Shown here piece by piece: positions 37,905 through 47,598 of a stretch of 64,000 nucleotides of DNA. Origin of the DNA: an uncultured Candidatus Saccharibacteria bacterium (GTDB lineage Bacteria; Patescibacteriota; Minisyncoccia; Phycocordibacterales; Phycocordibacteraceae); the NCBI GenBank assembly GCA_964593365.1, contig CAZQGQ010000001.1, positions 178,384 through 242,383 on the forward strand. The letters run 5' to 3'. Position 1 is the first letter of the stretch. Each line of letters starts with the position of its first letter. The notes under the pieces are model-generated. The model ran no database searches. It saw nothing but the letters and a program-made list of their open reading frames with translations, and was not told the origin of the DNA. A program made the position numbers and the translations under genes.

Positions 37905-39443
37905 CTACGGCGCCTCTATGATGGTGACTCGTTCGCCCTCGGCAAGGCCGCGTGCGTCTGCAACGATGCGAAGTGATGGATCAAGGGCTGTTGTGATCTC
38001 AATGCGTCCTCCGCGAACGGCACCAGTCTCAACCAGGATGGCTGCAAGGCGTCCTTCCTCGTTTACGGTAAAGACGACACGATCATCAGCGCGAAGCTTC
38101 ACGCTTGCAAGCGGAAGGAGTATCGGGCCTTGGGTTACTTCGCTTGTGGCGGCACCAGGAAGCGCGACGCGAACCGAAGCGCCGTTCGTAAGATTGGATG
38201 ACGCATCGATGGCGATACGGATCTCGACTTGCTTGGTGACCGGATCAAGCGCAGGGGAGATCGCCGTCACGATTCCCTCGTGTGTTTCTTCTACAAAAAC
38301 TTTCGTACCGACTGAAAGCGCTTCTCGATCGGCTTCTGAGATATACGCGACTACTTCAAGCGCGTTGTTTTGCGCGACCGTTGCAACGTGGGTGAGCGCG
38401 GTGACGTAATCGCCTCGCTGGATTGGGAGGAAGTTTATCGTGCCGCCAATTGGAGCGCGTACGACGGTCTGCTCCAGGTTTGCCTGGGCCGCGCGAAGCG
38501 AACCAAGTGCTGTCTTTACGGATGCGTCTACGCTTGCGGTTGCGCCCACTTCGCCGCTTCGGAACGCCCCGCGCGCAGCTGAAAGGGAAGCAAGGACGCT
38601 ATCGACGGTTGCTCTGGCTGACGCAAGTCCTGCAGCTTGCGCGGGGCTTGTTCCCGCGTCGCGGCGGTTTGCAGAGTCTGCAAGTCGAGTAAGGAAATCA
38701 GAGACGCGGCGCACCACTCGTTCCGCCTCGTCAAGCAAGGTTTGCGGATTCCGGTCCTCAGCGCCTTCCAAATTGCTCTGCCAAGTGTTCATCTCTCGCG
38801 AGAGTTCGGCGCGCTCGCGGGAGAGCCAGTTGCGGTCGGTGCCGTTGGCCGTGATGCGGAGCGTCGGACCGATGCCGGTCGGAGCGCCAAAGAACAGATC
38901 GATATCGTTTTCCATCGTGACGTCGATGTTGGTGTACGCGCTTCGGTACGCGTTTTGCGCGCTTATCACCTCCTCATCCAAGGAAGTCGCATTTCTCGCC
39001 GCGACTGCTGAGTCGTAATTTCCTTCAGCCTGGAGGACTGCAGCGCGTTCGCGCGCGTTCTCGAGGCTCGCGATCACGTAGCCTGCTGGCACGCTTGCGC
39101 CAAGGGAGGTGTTTACGCGCTCGACGGTGCCTCCAGTCTTTGCAAGGATCTTCGCTTCTGCAATCGAGTGGACGGTACCAAGTACGTTTCCGCCGCTTCC
39201 AGCTCCCGAGAGCTCGTTCAAGGGGCGAAGCGAGACAGCGCGAAGGGACGAGGTGTCTCCTGCAGGAGCGCCTCCGCCAGCAAGCGCAAAGCCCGCGATG
39301 ACGAGAACGGCGAGAAGCGCCGCGATGCCGATCTGGAATTTCTTTGAAAGCCCGCGATACCCGCGCCAGAGTGCGCCAAACAGAGCGCCCGTATCTTTTA
39401 CAAGACGAGTGGCTGCGTTACCGATGGATGAAAAGCGGTTCAT
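37905..39443 (-). CDS. RND membrane-fusion (adaptor) protein
   Basis: Lipoyl halves, coiled coil, VRAPIGG, ISPALDPVT. Confidence 0.88.
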   Translation of the reverse strand: MNRFSSIGNAATRLVKDTGALFGALWRGYRGLSKKFQIGIAALLAVLVIAGFALAGGGAPAGDTSSLRAVSLRPLNELSGAGSGGNVLGTVHSIAEAKILAKTGGTVERVNTSLGASVPAGYVIASLENARERAAVLQAEGNYDSAVAARNATSLDEEVISAQNAYRSAYTNIDVTMENDIDLFFGAPTGIGPTLRITANGTDRNWLSRERAELSREMNTWQSNLEGAEDRNPQTLLDEAERVVRRVSDFLTRLADSANRRDAGTSPAQAAGLASARATVDSVLASLSAARGAFRSGEVGATASVDASVKTALGSLRAAQANLEQTVVRAPIGGTINFLPIQRGDYVTALTHVATVAQNNALEVVAYISEADREALSVGTKVFVEETHEGIVTAISPALDPVTKQVEIRIAIDASSNLTNGASVRVALPGAATSEVTQGPILLPLASVKLRADDRVVFTVNEEGRLAAILVETGAVRGGRIEITTALDPSLRIVADARGLAEGERVTIIEAP

Positions 39444-39536
39444 ACGTTGTACTAAAAGGCGTAAGTAAACGGCAGTATAACACAATGGGCGTTTCCGGAG
39501 TTGGGCGCATCTAATGCGGTATACTCGAAAGAGCTC

Positions 39537-40559
39537 ATGAGAATTCCGTCGTTCGTCCGTCGTTTCCTCGACTCGAATGCAACGCGCGTTTCAAATCCGC
39601 GTGGCAAAGTGCTGCGACTGTTAGGTGCGCTCGCGCTTCTTCTGGTCGCGCTCTTGCTCGGGTACTCCGAACTCTTTGGTCCTCCGCACCGGGACGATCA
39701 GGAACTCTTCGAATTCATCGTAACGCCGGAAGCTGCGGAAGGGGACATTGCCGCATTCCTTGAGGAAGCGGGCATCGTCCGTCACGCGGTCGCGTTCCGT
39801 ATCGCGAACACCGGGGCAGAGCGCGGAGTCGTTCGACCCGGCGGGTACCGCATCTCGCTCTCGCAAGATGCGTGGACAGTCGCGGACACGCTTTCCAAAG
39901 CGCCCTACCTAGCGTGGGTCACCATTCCCGAAGGGTATCGGAAGGAGCAGATCGCTGAGATGCTCTCGGAAACGCTCGCATGGTCCCCGGAAGAGGTGGC
40001 GCTCTGGAGCGCGGCTTCGTCAGGGGGACTGCGTGAGGGCTTTTATTTTCCTGACACCTATCTCATACCGTCAGACCAGACGCCAGAACAGATCACTGAG
40101 CGCTTCCGCGGGCGCTTCGAAGATGCGTATGCTCCCTATGCCGCAGAAGCGGCGGAGCTTGGCATGGACTGGACGGAAGTCGTCACGCTCGCATCCCTCA
40201 TCGAGCGCGAAGCTGCCAAAAACGACAAGGAGCTTGTCGCAGGCATACTCCTGAACCGTCTTGAGCGCGGCATGCTCTTGCAGGTGGATGCGACCTTGCA
40301 GTACATACGAGGCGCACCAGGCAAGTGGTGGCCGGTACCGCGCTCGCAGGATAAATATCTCGAGTCTCCCTTTAATACGTATCGGCATGTAGGTCTTCCG
40401 CCCCAGCCGATAGCTAATCCGTCCCTCAATTCCATCGTAGCGGTGCTGCGGGCGGATGAGACGAGCTGCCTCTATTACCTGCATGACGCGAAGGGGCGCA
40501 TCCACTGCTCGCCTAACTACCAAGGGCACGTGGACAACATCAATATCTATCTGCGCTAG
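39537..40559 (+). CDS. mltG: Endolytic transglycosylase MltG
   Basis: VTIPEG, EGFYFPDTY, LASLIEREA, LQVDAT, SPFNTY..GLPP.PIANP. Confidence 0.93.
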   Translation: MRIPSFVRRFLDSNATRVSNPRGKVLRLLGALALLLVALLLGYSELFGPPHRDDQELFEFIVTPEAAEGDIAAFLEEAGIVRHAVAFRIANTGAERGVVRPGGYRISLSQDAWTVADTLSKAPYLAWVTIPEGYRKEQIAEMLSETLAWSPEEVALWSAASSGGLREGFYFPDTYLIPSDQTPEQITERFRGRFEDAYAPYAAEAAELGMDWTEVVTLASLIEREAAKNDKELVAGILLNRLERGMLLQVDATLQYIRGAPGKWWPVPRSQDKYLESPFNTYRHVGLPPQPIANPSLNSIVAVLRADETSCLYYLHDAKGRIHCSPNYQGHVDNINIYLR

Positions 40560-40625
40560 CCTTGCTTGCTTGAGGTTCCGTTCCGCGCTATCTTTCCTTA
40601 TATAGGGCCTGCCGGCCTCTTTTTT

Positions 40626-42428
40626 ATGGAAATACGAAACATCGCGATCATCGCTCACGTGGACCACGGCAAGACAACCTTGACGGACGCCTTGCTGCGC
40701 CAGACAGGAGCTGCGGTCGAGGGCGTATCCATGGACTCGAACACCCTTGAGAAGGAGCGCGGCATCACCATCTACTCCAAGAACGCCTCGGTCACCTATA
40801 AGGGAACGAAGATCAACATCGTCGACACCCCGGGCCACGCGGACTTCGGTTCTGAAGTGGAGCGCGTCTTGCGTTCCATCGACTCCGTGCTTTTGGTAGT
40901 CGATGCGCAGGAAGGGCCGATGCCGCAGACCCGCTTCGTGCTCAAGAAGTCTTTGGAACTTGGATTGAAGCCTATTTTGGTACTGAATAAAATTGATAAG
41001 CCAGCAGCTGATCCAGCTCGCGCTGAGGAGCAGGTGCTCGAACTCTTCCTTGACCTCGGAGCTAGCGACGACCAGGCAAACTTCACGACCGTGTACGCGA
41101 TCGGACGCGATGGCGTTGCCGCAAAGACCCTCGACGATATGCCCTCTAACGGAGGATCGGCGATGGACCTGACAGCGCTTTTGGACACCGTGCTTGAGAA
41201 GGTTCCCGTAGCATCCTCCCCTGAAGCCGCTGCTAAGCCGCTTCGCTTGCAGGCTTTTAACCTCGCCTACGACAACTTCTTGGGACGCCTCGCAATCGCG
41301 CGCGTGTACGAAGGAGTCGTGAAGGCCGGAGACGCAGTGACGGTCAAAAAGCCAGACGGCACTCCTCGAACCGGAAAGATCACCAAGATCTTCACCTTCA
41401 ACGGCCTTGAGCGCGTTGACGCGGCGTCAGCTGAGGCAGGCGACATCGTCATCATCGCGGGTCTTCCTGACATCTTTATCGGAGAGACCATCTCGACTGA
41501 TCCCTCAGTGGAGCCGCTTCCAGCGATCGCAATCGATGAGCCGACCATCACGCTGAACTTCCTCGTCAACAACTCTCCGTTTGCAGGAAAGGAAGGAAAG
41601 TTCGTCACCTCCCGCCAGCTTCGCGAATACCTCGAGCGCGAGCTTGAAGTGAACGTCGGGTTGAAAGTCGACTTCGTCTCGCCAGACTCATTCAAGGTCT
41701 CCGGACGCGGCGAGCTCCACATCGCCATTCTCCTTGAGAACATGCGCCGCGCAGGGTATGAGCTCCAGGTCTCCCAGCCGCAGGTCATCATCCGGGAAGA
41801 GGAAGGCCAGAAGCTCGAGCCGTACGAGGAAGTCATCATCGACACACCAAGCGAATTCCAGGGATCGATCATCGAGCGCCTTGGAACGCGCGCATTCGTG
41901 TTGCAGAACATGGTGCAGGAGGGAAGCGGCGTCCGTATCACCCTTGAAGGACCTACCCGCGGTATTTTGGGATACAAGAACCAGTTCGTTATCGATACAA
42001 AAGGAGAAGGAATTCTTTCCTCACGCGTCTTGGGCTTCAAGCCCTACGCAGGCGAGATCAAGAAGCGCCAGGTAGGCTCGATGATCTCCATGGCAAGCGG
42101 GAAGGCCTTGGGCTACGCGCTCTGGATGCTCCAGGATCGCGGCATGCTCTACATCGGCCCTGCAACGGAAACGTACGAAGGCATGGTGATCGGCAACACC
42201 TCCAAGGGCGAAGAGATGATGGTGAATCCGACCAAGGGAAAGAACCTCACGAACGTCCGCTCATCTGGAAACGACGAAGCTATCACGCTCGTTCCTGCCT
42301 TCACGCTCACCATCGAGCGCGGACTCGAGATCATGGCAGTGGATGAGTATCTTGAGATCACTCCTGCAAGCGTGCGCCTTCGCAAGCAGTTCCTCACGGA
42401 AAGCGACCGCGCCAAGGCAAGACGCTAG
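40626..42428 (+). CDS. typA: Translational GTPase TypA/BipA
   Basis: RNIAIIAHVDHGKTT, DTPGHADF, GRGELH, RLRK. Confidence 0.97.
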   Translation: MEIRNIAIIAHVDHGKTTLTDALLRQTGAAVEGVSMDSNTLEKERGITIYSKNASVTYKGTKINIVDTPGHADFGSEVERVLRSIDSVLLVVDAQEGPMPQTRFVLKKSLELGLKPILVLNKIDKPAADPARAEEQVLELFLDLGASDDQANFTTVYAIGRDGVAAKTLDDMPSNGGSAMDLTALLDTVLEKVPVASSPEAAAKPLRLQAFNLAYDNFLGRLAIARVYEGVVKAGDAVTVKKPDGTPRTGKITKIFTFNGLERVDAASAEAGDIVIIAGLPDIFIGETISTDPSVEPLPAIAIDEPTITLNFLVNNSPFAGKEGKFVTSRQLREYLERELEVNVGLKVDFVSPDSFKVSGRGELHIAILLENMRRAGYELQVSQPQVIIREEEGQKLEPYEEVIIDTPSEFQGSIIERLGTRAFVLQNMVQEGSGVRITLEGPTRGILGYKNQFVIDTKGEGILSSRVLGFKPYAGEIKKRQVGSMISMASGKALGYALWMLQDRGMLYIGPATETYEGMVIGNTSKGEEMMVNPTKGKNLTNVRSSGNDEAITLVPAFTLTIERGLEIMAVDEYLEITPASVRLRKQFLTESDRAKARR

Positions 42429-42493
42429 TCCTCATACTTTTTTCACGCAAAGAGAGCTATAAGAAGGGGGTTACCAGCAATAACCCGTAATCC

Positions 42494-42652
42494 ATGCTTC
42501 TTACTATCGCAGTCCTTCTTATTGTTCTCTGGGTACTTGGCTTTGTAACCTCCTATACGCTTGGAGGATTCATCCATCTCCTTCTTCTCATCGCGATCGT
42601 CATGGTCCTTGTCCGTGTCATCCGGGGGAAGAATCCATTGCCTCCCGCATAG
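42494..42652 (+). CDS. Small membrane protein, lmo0937/DUF5670 family (52 aa), not in the ORF track
   Basis: MLLTIAVLLIVLWVLGFVTSYTLGGFIHLLLLIAI. Confidence 0.85.
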   Translation: MLLTIAVLLIVLWVLGFVTSYTLGGFIHLLLLIAIVMVLVRVIRGKNPLPPA

Positions 42653-42889
42653 TCTCTTTTGAGTGTAGGCAACGGGCGCGCAGCACACCTGCGCGCCCTT
42701 GCTGTATCGGGGTTGCCGTGCTATTGTATGGCTACAACGATCCTCCTCACTGGTTTATCGTCTTGGGAGTTACTCAAGACCGCCCTGAAGAAATAGGAGA
42801 ACGGGCGAAACTCTCGAGGCGTTGCTTAGAAACCACATAGGGCGCGGCTTCTTCTCTTTTCCGCCGTACCCTCAAACCTTACATTCAGT

Positions 42890-44212
42890 ATGGCAACTAC
42901 ATACATCGTGCGAAAGAACAGCCGGAACGACCTCGCAGGTCGCCCGGGATATGAGCGCTTTGGCGCTAAGCGACGTGGACCTGGAGGTCCTAGCAAGAGC
43001 CGTGGACCAAGTTCCAGCGGTGGCGGCAGTCGCGGTCGCGGAGCTCCCTCACGAGGGGGTCGCGGCGGAGGACGAAACAACCGCCAGGAAATGGCAGTCG
43101 ACCTCACCAAGCTCGTTAATAAAGCAAAGCCAGGAGTAGTCGAGGCACCATTTGTCCCGATTCACACCTTCGCGGACTTCCCGATAGACACGCTCTTGAA
43201 GGAAAACATCATCACGAAGGGCTACCTTCTGCCAACACCCATCCAGGATCAGTCGATCCCGCATGTGCTTAAGGGCGAAGACGTCGTCGGACTTGCAAAC
43301 ACCGGAACCGGAAAGACGGCAGCCTTCCTCATTCCTCTTATCGATAAAGTAATGAAGCTTCGCGCGCTTAACGAAACGGAACGGGTACTCATCATGGTCC
43401 CGACCCGCGAGCTTGCGATCCAGATCGAGGCTGAGTTCTGGGGCTTTGCAAAGCGCCTCAACATGAACGCCGTCGTCTGTGTCGGAGGAGCAGGCATCGA
43501 GCCGCAGATCCGCGTGCTTCGCCGCTCACCGTCATTTGTGATCGGTACGCCAGGACGCTTGAAGGACCTCATGGAGCGCCGAGAGCTTAACCTCTCAGAC
43601 TTCGGTACCGTCGTTCTCGACGAGGCTGACCGTATGCTCGACATGGGCTTCATCGACGACATGCGTCAGATCCTCTCGAAGATGAAAAGCGAGCGTCACA
43701 CGCTCTTCTTCAGCGCGACCATGGGACGCGATGTCGAGCGGCTCGTAAACGACTTCTTGAAGAATCCGGTTCGCATCTCGGTTAAGACCCGCGACACGGC
43801 CGCAACCATCGATCAGGACGTCATCTACGCGACCCGAGACAACAAGTTCGACAAGCTCATGGAGCTTCTCAAGAAGCCCGAGTTTGATAAGACCCTGGTC
43901 TTCGGACGCACCAAACACGGCGTTGAGCGTCTCTCAAAGGACATCAGCCGCGCTGGCGTTCCCGCTGAATCGATTCACGGAGACAAGACGCACGGACGCC
44001 GCCAGAAGGCACTCGGTCTTTTCAAGAAGGACCATGTGAAGGTGCTGGTCGCAACTGACGTTGCTGCTCGCGGCCTTGATATCTCAGGTGTCTCGCACGT
44101 CATTAACTTCGACTTGCCAGCGACCTATGAGGATTACACGCACCGAATCGGCCGAACAGGCCGCGCCGGACTCTCTGGAAAGGCTCTGACCTTCATCGAG
44201 TCTCCACGATAA
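42890..44212 (+). CDS. DEAD-box RNA helicase
   Basis: PTPIQ, TGTGKT, PTRELA, DEAD, SAT, HRIGRTGR. Confidence 0.96.
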   Translation: MATTYIVRKNSRNDLAGRPGYERFGAKRRGPGGPSKSRGPSSSGGGSRGRGAPSRGGRGGGRNNRQEMAVDLTKLVNKAKPGVVEAPFVPIHTFADFPIDTLLKENIITKGYLLPTPIQDQSIPHVLKGEDVVGLANTGTGKTAAFLIPLIDKVMKLRALNETERVLIMVPTRELAIQIEAEFWGFAKRLNMNAVVCVGGAGIEPQIRVLRRSPSFVIGTPGRLKDLMERRELNLSDFGTVVLDEADRMLDMGFIDDMRQILSKMKSERHTLFFSATMGRDVERLVNDFLKNPVRISVKTRDTAATIDQDVIYATRDNKFDKLMELLKKPEFDKTLVFGRTKHGVERLSKDISRAGVPAESIHGDKTHGRRQKALGLFKKDHVKVLVATDVAARGLDISGVSHVINFDLPATYEDYTHRIGRTGRAGLSGKALTFIESPR

Positions 44213-44288
44213 CGCCTCTACACTTAACTTCATTGAGAAAACCGAAATCGATCAATTCTATTTCGGTTTTTTCATACCCTAACCACCC

Positions 44289-44558
44289 ATGAACGACTTT
44301 CTCAAGATGGATATCTTCTTCGTCGTAGCGACGATAAGCGTTATAGTAGTTGGGGTTCTTCTGTCGCTTGTCCTTTGGTATGGACTTCGGCTCGTTAAGA
44401 CCTGTGATCGCATATTGCAGGAAGTCGAAGGGGAAGCGAAAGCACTTCGCGCTGACATTGCAGAGACTAGGGCAAACCTAAAGCGTGAAGGGCGAGCGCT
44501 CTCCCGACTCATTGACTTCGTTGTGTCATCCGGACGGAAACTCTTGAAAGGTAAATAA
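44289..44558 (+). CDS. Small membrane protein
   Basis: N-terminal TM plus helical tail. Confidence 0.65.
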   Translation: MNDFLKMDIFFVVATISVIVVGVLLSLVLWYGLRLVKTCDRILQEVEGEAKALRADIAETRANLKREGRALSRLIDFVVSSGRKLLKGK

Positions 44559-44572
44559 CTAATCGACTCATT

Positions 44573-45010
44573 ATGGCTACAACTAAAAAGAAGGCAGCAG
44601 CAAAAGGAAAGAAGAAAGGACAGGGCGCAGCTATCGCAGCAGGCGTGCTTGCTGCAGGAGCAGCCGCAGCCGCAGGGTATTACTTTTATGGCGCAAAAAA
44701 CGCCAAGCAGCACCGCACCAAGGCTGTTAAATGGGCAAAGGAAATGAAGCGAGACGTTGTCCGCGAAGCCAAGAAGCTCCAGAAGATCGATGAATCGGTC
44801 ATGCATGGCGTTGTCGACCGCATCGCAGGAGCGTACAAGGGCGGCAGGGGAATTGACGCAGCCGATCTGAAGCAGGTCGTCAGCGAACTCAAGTCCAACT
44901 GGCGCAAGGTGAAGAGTGAAGTTACCGGCAAGGGCAAGGCAAAGACCGCCAAGCGCTCAACGAAGAAAGTCGCAAAGAAGTCAGCAAAGAAGACCGCCAA
45001 GAAGCGCTAA
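44573..45010 (+). CDS. Lys/Ala-rich protein (YtxH-like)
   Basis: AAAAAGYYFYG hydrophobic patch; KKVAKKSAKKTAKKR tail. Confidence 0.7.
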   Translation: MATTKKKAAAKGKKKGQGAAIAAGVLAAGAAAAAGYYFYGAKNAKQHRTKAVKWAKEMKRDVVREAKKLQKIDESVMHGVVDRIAGAYKGGRGIDAADLKQVVSELKSNWRKVKSEVTGKGKAKTAKRSTKKVAKKSAKKTAKKR

Positions 45011-45019
45011 GCTCACTCT

Positions 45020-45214
45020 ATGAATTCAAACACCAACATCATCGTCGTCATTATCCTCGTTCTTCTGGTCGGCTTCGGCGTCTGGTACTTTACCGCCCGC
45101 CAAGCACCAGCGCCACAGGCGCCAGCCCAGGAAGCAAGCGATATACAGATTGAGATTGGCGGCGAAGCCGAAGGGCCAGCGCAGCCAGCAGAACCAGCAG
45201 AACCTGCTCAGTAG
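45020..45214 (+). CDS. Small single-TM protein
   Basis: TM followed by Pro/Ala/Glu tail. Confidence 0.6.
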   Translation: MNSNTNIIVVIILVLLVGFGVWYFTARQAPAPQAPAQEASDIQIEIGGEAEGPAQPAEPAEPAQ

Positions 45215-45286
45215 CAGCACTCGGGAAGGGGAAATAGGGATGGGGTATACTGGTTCCTACACTACTCATAACCTGTTTCTTGCATC

Positions 45287-45988
45287 ATGGCATCAACGAA
45301 AGACAGTGCGTTCAACGAGAAGTACCTAACACCGCTCGCGGTCATCTTAGGTGCAATCATTATTGCTCTCGCGCTTGCCTTCGGGCGAGGCGGAGTTGAA
45401 CCGGCTCCAAACGAAGGAGAGCCTATGGTCGTCGACATCGCTGAGGTCAACACTGAAGCTTCTCCGTCAGTAGGAGAGAAGAATGCTCCGGTCACGATCG
45501 CAGTCTGGTTCGATTACCAGTGCCCGTTCTGCAAGCGCTTCGAGCTTGATACGCTCGAGCAGGTGTACCAGAACTACGTCGTCGACGGGAAAGTCCGCAT
45601 CGTCTACAAGGACTTCCAGTTCCTCGGTCCTGACTCAGCAACGGCAGCCCTCTTTGCCCGCGCAGTATGGGACGCAGAGCCTACGCACTTCCATGACTGG
45701 TATCTTGCCGTCATGAACGCGCAGGACGAGGAGCACGGAGGATTCGGTAACCTTGAGTCGCTCACTACCCTTACGCGAACCATCGAAGGAATCGATACGG
45801 ATCGCGTCTTGAAGGTCATGAATGACAAGAAGGCGGAGTTTGAGGCTGCTATCGCCGCAGACCGCCAGGAAGGAGCTTCCTTCGGCATTAACGGAACGCC
45901 AGGCATCGTCGTTGGAACGACCTTGCTCGCAGGCGCACGTCCGTACGCTGAAGTAAGCGCCCTTATCGACGCCGAACTCGCTAAGTAA
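45287..45988 (+). CDS. DsbA/thioredoxin-fold oxidoreductase
   Basis: DYQCPFC, GINGTP, GARP. Confidence 0.92.
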   Translation: MASTKDSAFNEKYLTPLAVILGAIIIALALAFGRGGVEPAPNEGEPMVVDIAEVNTEASPSVGEKNAPVTIAVWFDYQCPFCKRFELDTLEQVYQNYVVDGKVRIVYKDFQFLGPDSATAALFARAVWDAEPTHFHDWYLAVMNAQDEEHGGFGNLESLTTLTRTIEGIDTDRVLKVMNDKKAEFEAAIAADRQEGASFGINGTPGIVVGTTLLAGARPYAEVSALIDAELAK

Positions 45989-46061
45989 GAAGATATACGT
46001 GCTTGGTAACGCGCTCGGAGAGATCCGGGCGCGTTGCTTTTATGTGGTATACACTCATTCG

Positions 46062-46484
46062 ATGACCGAAGAGGAATTCAAGGCGCTTGCCGAATCTGTG
46101 TGGCAGGACCTCCCAGAGAAGTTTGCAGCGCGCATCAAGAATGTCGCGCTCTTGATCGAGGATGAGCCGGACGAAGAGACCAGGAAGGAAGAATGCCTTC
46201 TGGAAGGGGAATCCTTGTATGGGATCTACCGCGGCGTACCCAATACGCTTCGGGGCGCCGATTATGGAGTAGGCGGGACCCTTCCTGACACCATTACCCT
46301 GTATCGACTCCCCATACTGGAGGAGGCGAGAGAACTTACCGACACCGATACGAACATGTTCAAGGATATGGTGACAAAAGTGGTGCGAGAGACGGTCTGG
46401 CACGAGGTCGGCCACTATTTTGGCCTAGATGAGGATCCGATAAACAAGCGGGAAGGAGAGGGAACGAACAGGTTTGAGTCCTAG
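46062..46484 (+). CDS. Zincin-like metallopeptidase
   Basis: LPDTITLYR.PI, VWHEVGHYFG. Confidence 0.9.
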   Translation: MTEEEFKALAESVWQDLPEKFAARIKNVALLIEDEPDEETRKEECLLEGESLYGIYRGVPNTLRGADYGVGGTLPDTITLYRLPILEEARELTDTDTNMFKDMVTKVVRETVWHEVGHYFGLDEDPINKREGEGTNRFES

Positions 46485-46511
46485 GCTGTCAGCTCGATAT
46501 ATACTGTTTGT

Positions 46512-46940
46512 ATGAAAAAGTTTTACTACCTCGGCACGTTGGTATTTGTTTTTTTGGTTCCTACAGTCGTTGCCGGATTCTTTCTTTCTAACTTTATTTC
46601 CCTTGAAGCACTCGTGCCGTTTGTAATATTAGTCACAATCATAGGAAGTATCTGGGATGTGTGGGCTACTCGTCACGGAAGAAAGGATCGAGTATGGCTT
46701 TGGCAATTTAATCGTAAGAATACGCTTGGTCCGCGATTCCTTGGCTTACCAATTGAAGAGTATTTGTTCTATGTCGTGAGTAGCGTGTACGTAATCTTTA
46801 TGTGGGAAGGACTGAAACTTATGCTCGCAGGAACCGTCTCCCAGGTGTATTGGACTATTGCCGCATTAGCCGGATGGACTCTTGTCTCTTTAGCAGCGCC
46901 ATACATTCTAGCGCCCAAAGGCGATAAGGTACTGAGCTAG
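46512..46940 (+). CDS. Lycopene cyclase domain (CrtYc/Yd-like) membrane protein
   Basis: WDVWA...W.F...GLPIEEYLFY. Confidence 0.75.
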   Translation: MKKFYYLGTLVFVFLVPTVVAGFFLSNFISLEALVPFVILVTIIGSIWDVWATRHGRKDRVWLWQFNRKNTLGPRFLGLPIEEYLFYVVSSVYVIFMWEGLKLMLAGTVSQVYWTIAALAGWTLVSLAAPYILAPKGDKVLS

Positions 46941-46946
46941 AAAATT

Positions 46947-46973
46947 TCCAACATCGTCCCAGAGAGCCAGCAA
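46947..46973 (+). repeat. Cassette-boundary motif copy
   Basis: TCCAACATCGTCCCAGAGAGCCAGCAA, 25/27 identical to 48785-48811. Confidence 0.75.
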
Positions 46974-46989
46974 TGCTAAGCTGGTTTAC

Positions 46990-47532
46990 ATGAAAGAAGG
47001 CCATGTCATTTTCGATTTCGACCTCACGATTTGCTCTCTTGTAACAGACTGGGTTGAATGGCGAAAAGGAGTATGGAAACTTGTTAAAGAATTTGATCCT
47101 TCCTCTAATTACGAAGTAGAACAAATCAGGCATGCAACTCAGAACGATCTCATACATAAGTATGGTCTGGTCTTTAAAGCGCAGCTCGATAAAGCCAATG
47201 AAGAGCTCGAGCTGAAGTATATCGAGGGTTTTCTACCTAACGAAAAAGTAGTGGATTTCATACGAACCACAGATAAGAATCTTTACGTCTGGTCCTCTAA
47301 TTCGCGTGCAACTGTAGTGAAGCATCTGCAAGCTCTTGGCATAGAAGATAAGTTCCAGAAGATAGTGGCGCGAGAGCATGTGCATCTACTCAAGCCATCT
47401 CCTGAAGGCTTTTCCTTAATTTATAGTCCCCACAATATGTTAAAAGAGTACGTCCTCGTTGGCGATAGTGCATCGGATGCGAACGCAGCCTTAAATGCTG
47501 GAATTCGCTTTTTGCAGGTTGATTCCTTCTAA
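46990..47532 (+). CDS. HAD-family hydrolase
   Basis: FDFDLT, SSN, KPSPEG, VGDSASD. Confidence 0.9.
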   Translation: MKEGHVIFDFDLTICSLVTDWVEWRKGVWKLVKEFDPSSNYEVEQIRHATQNDLIHKYGLVFKAQLDKANEELELKYIEGFLPNEKVVDFIRTTDKNLYVWSSNSRATVVKHLQALGIEDKFQKIVAREHVHLLKPSPEGFSLIYSPHNMLKEYVLVGDSASDANAALNAGIRFLQVDSF

Positions 47533-47538
47533 CCAGGC

Positions 47539-47562
47539 TCCAACATCGTCCAGCCAGCCAAC
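47539..47562 (+). repeat. Cassette-boundary motif copy
   Basis: TCCAACATCGTCCAGCCAGCCAAC, 6 nt after the HAD stop codon. Confidence 0.7.
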
Positions 47563-47598
47563 TTGAGGCAGGCTCAGTGTCTAAGGTCGATGGTCTCG

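Noticed and set aside
34866-39468. Long antisense ORFs over the RND genes (similar ones over typA, nth and groEL)
   Set aside because: Shadow ORFs expected from codon bias at this GC content; no motifs or start signals.
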